From: Candidatus Methanoperedens sp.
Lineage (GTDB): Archaea > Halobacteriota > Methanosarcinia > Methanosarcinales > Methanoperedenaceae
NCBI GenBank assembly: GCA_041494705.1
Contig: JBGQBI010000003.1
Span: 296,449-328,448 of the forward strand
DNA: 32,000 nt
Direction of reading: 5' to 3'
Below, in pieces: positions 27,903-32,000 of the stretch (positions within the stretch are counted from its first letter, which is position 1; each line of letters begins with the position of its first letter). The notes beneath the pieces were generated by a model that worked only from the letters and a program-made list of their open reading frames with translations, had not been told where the DNA came from and made no database searches. The position numbers and the translations under genes are program-made.

Positions 27903-28730
27903 CTACATGAACATTATGTTTTCAATCAGATTGCGCTCTCTTTCAGAATACTTTACGGAAAAACAAGATGCGTCTTCTTTCAATTTTACTTTCATAACGT
28001 CACCTTTAACTTCCATTACATATTCTTCAGGCGGTAAGGGAGTTCTATCACTTAAAAAACCTGTAGGCATTTTTTCTGTATTATATTGTAGATTATTATC
28101 ATCAAAATCAAGTTCCACTTCCCTTAACTTACAGACACTATTCAACTCAACCTTTCGATTTTGATTTCTTGATACAGTACCCTCATCAATGTAATCTATG
28201 GATGCTAAAAATTCAGTTAAGCCCATATAAGGAGGATATACAAATCTCTGCCCCTCTAATCGTTTTTTCAATTCATCATATTTATCTTTAAGTTCCACAT
28301 GATAAAAAAAATATATCCTGTATGTTAACTCTTCACAACTATTTTCTGGAAGCAGAATCTCCAAGGGGATTTGAGTAGGTGCCCCCCTTGTTCCGGTTAC
28401 TAATGCCTCAAAAGAGTATTTACTATGTTTATCTGTTTTTGTTTTAATATAATTAACACTCTGCATCAATTTCCTAACTCTTTTTAGCATTGAAACTGCA
28501 ACGAAACATTTATCACTGCCAAATTTTTCATAGTATGTTTCTTCTTTATTTTTTGTGTGTCTTTCACTCGGCAGTCCCAAAAGCCCTGCAATTAATCCAA
28601 CAACAACCGTTCTTGGTGGAAATAAATAACTTAAAGAGGATGAGTTAGTATAATATTTCCTAAAGTGAGCCATTGGTCCCCTAATGTCAAAAATTAATAC
28701 TTTCTCTGGATTGAAGTCATTAATGGACAT
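27903..28730 (-). CDS. cas5: Cas5 (type I-B)
   Basis: The N-terminus, FDIRGPMAHFRKYYTNSSSLSYLFPPRTVVVGLIAGLLG, is canonical for type I Cas5. The gene lies between cas7 and cas3. Confidence 0.9.
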   Translation of the reverse strand: MSINDFNPEKVLIFDIRGPMAHFRKYYTNSSSLSYLFPPRTVVVGLIAGLLGLPSERHTKNKEETYYEKFGSDKCFVAVSMLKRVRKLMQSVNYIKTKTDKHSKYSFEALVTGTRGAPTQIPLEILLPENSCEELTYRIYFFYHVELKDKYDELKKRLEGQRFVYPPYMGLTEFLASIDYIDEGTVSRNQNRKVELNSVCKLREVELDFDDNNLQYNTEKMPTGFLSDRTPLPPEEYVMEVKGDVMKVKLKEDASCFSVKYSERERNLIENIMFM

Positions 28731-28732
28731 TT

Positions 28733-29806
28733 TCAGCTTTTTGTTGATTTTTTGGTTTCCAGATTCTGGCTCGGCAGTTGTACGATTTGTATCTCTGCAT
28801 TTTTTAGCTTTAACTTCCCATTCTCGTTATTCCAGCCATGAACTCTTAAATCAGCGTTTTTCCAGAAATGGATTTTAGAGATTTTATCCTTACATTCATC
28901 TAACTTTTCACACAGTTTGCTTAGGTCTAATTTATATTCATCTGGTGAGCGTAATTTTGCGGTCTCATCAAAAAGCATTTCTTTACCTTGCTCGTCTATT
29001 ATCTTTACATACCTTCTTAAATCACCAAAGAAAAAATCTGAAGAATTATATTGTATTCGGATATACAATAAGGGGTGTTGCTCAAACTTACTCCTTGAGG
29101 TCGCTTCCAACGGTATCGCATGGATCATTGCATCATCAAATAACTCGATATCCTTGTTTGTAAGGTTCGTAAAATATGCTCTTTTTGCACTGATTATACC
29201 ATGAAACGCAATTAAAGAGTAATCAACACGATAATCTTTGCCCATTGCGCCAGAACCTTTTTCTGATTCTTCCTCTTCGGTTGTTTTTCCAGTTTGAAAA
29301 TGAGATGTTATACCATTTGATTCCATAGGTCCTGTTACCTTGTTTAAAGAATGACCCCAATTAAACTGGATAGGTCCTGTAAATGTAACATTTCCTTTTC
29401 TGTCTTTAAACATTACATCTGGAATAATAGCACCAAACATTCGTACATCAATAGCTTTATCCAAGAACCCATTAATTTGGTTGTCATCAATTTCTATTTT
29501 ATCCTTGTCTTTTACATTCAATATCATAGCCAAACTTTTTTTAGCGTTTACAACAGCCCCTCCACTTTTAGAGACAAATATTATTGTCGTTTCATCTTTT
29601 TTATAATCTCCCAAATAATCTCTGATATATCTTTTCAGCCGTACATCTGATACCAGGTTTATGTTCCTATGATAATCCATTCTCGGCTTATTTTCATCAT
29701 CGGGGTCCCCATTAGGATTGCACATCCGAGCATCATAAATAAACAATATTTCACTGTTATTTTTGGGTTTAACGCCACCGCTCTCTATTTCAGTTTTATC
29801 CGTCAT
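28733..29806 (-). CDS. cas7: Cas7 (type I-B, Csh2/Cst2-like)
   Basis: It carries the signature NPNGDPDDENKPRMD. The protein is 357 aa and lies between cas8b and cas5. Confidence 0.9.
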   Translation of the reverse strand: MTDKTEIESGGVKPKNNSEILFIYDARMCNPNGDPDDENKPRMDYHRNINLVSDVRLKRYIRDYLGDYKKDETTIIFVSKSGGAVVNAKKSLAMILNVKDKDKIEIDDNQINGFLDKAIDVRMFGAIIPDVMFKDRKGNVTFTGPIQFNWGHSLNKVTGPMESNGITSHFQTGKTTEEEESEKGSGAMGKDYRVDYSLIAFHGIISAKRAYFTNLTNKDIELFDDAMIHAIPLEATSRSKFEQHPLLYIRIQYNSSDFFFGDLRRYVKIIDEQGKEMLFDETAKLRSPDEYKLDLSKLCEKLDECKDKISKIHFWKNADLRVHGWNNENGKLKLKNAEIQIVQLPSQNLETKKSTKS

Positions 29807-29807
29807 T

Positions 29808-32000
<2,193 letters not shown>

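Overview
Archaeal chromosomal window; the gene content suggests a methanogen or ANME-like Methanosarcinales relative, which is inference only. No database search was possible, and all coordinates and motif calls were derived by hand from the sequence and the ORF track.

Bases 1-12049 are housekeeping or accessory genes on the + strand. They comprise an FwdC-like 3' fragment, an archaeal signal peptidase I, and a tightly coupled four-gene cluster (ExeA-like P-loop ATPase, polytopic membrane protein, heavily sequon-rich surface protein, membrane-anchored hexaheme cytochrome c). These are followed by trpC-trpB-trpA preceded by three phased TGTACA boxes, a CDP-alcohol phosphatidyltransferase, and myo-inositol-1-phosphate synthase. 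A convergent PmbA/TldD gene closes this part.

Bases 12145-32000 are a composite CRISPR-Cas island, entirely on the - strand. One 57-repeat, 56-spacer array (16873-20977; 37-bp repeat ending ATTGAAAC in crRNA orientation) lies between two effector systems.

(a) Leader-side is a type I-B-like system: cas8b-cas7-cas5-cas3-[MNT/HEPN toxin-antitoxin]-cas6-cas1-cas2-cas4-leader.

(b) Directly downstream of the array is a compact four-gene type III-like module, the most interesting object here. It encodes a 673-aa Cas10-like protein with an intact N-terminal HD motif set but no GGDD cyclase motif. It also encodes a Cas5-like RAMP with a roughly 190-aa C-terminal extension, a single Csm3/Cmr4-like Cas7, and its own Cas6 paralogue. 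There is no cas11, no further cas7 paralogues, and no CARF or ancillary gene in the window.

Other observations:
- a cas6 5' relic and imperfect direct repeats flanking the toxin-antitoxin cassette
- two adjacent variant repeats in mid-array
- two overlapping, register-shifted spacers against related targets
- a compositional mosaic: AT-rich effector modules versus host-like adaptation genes
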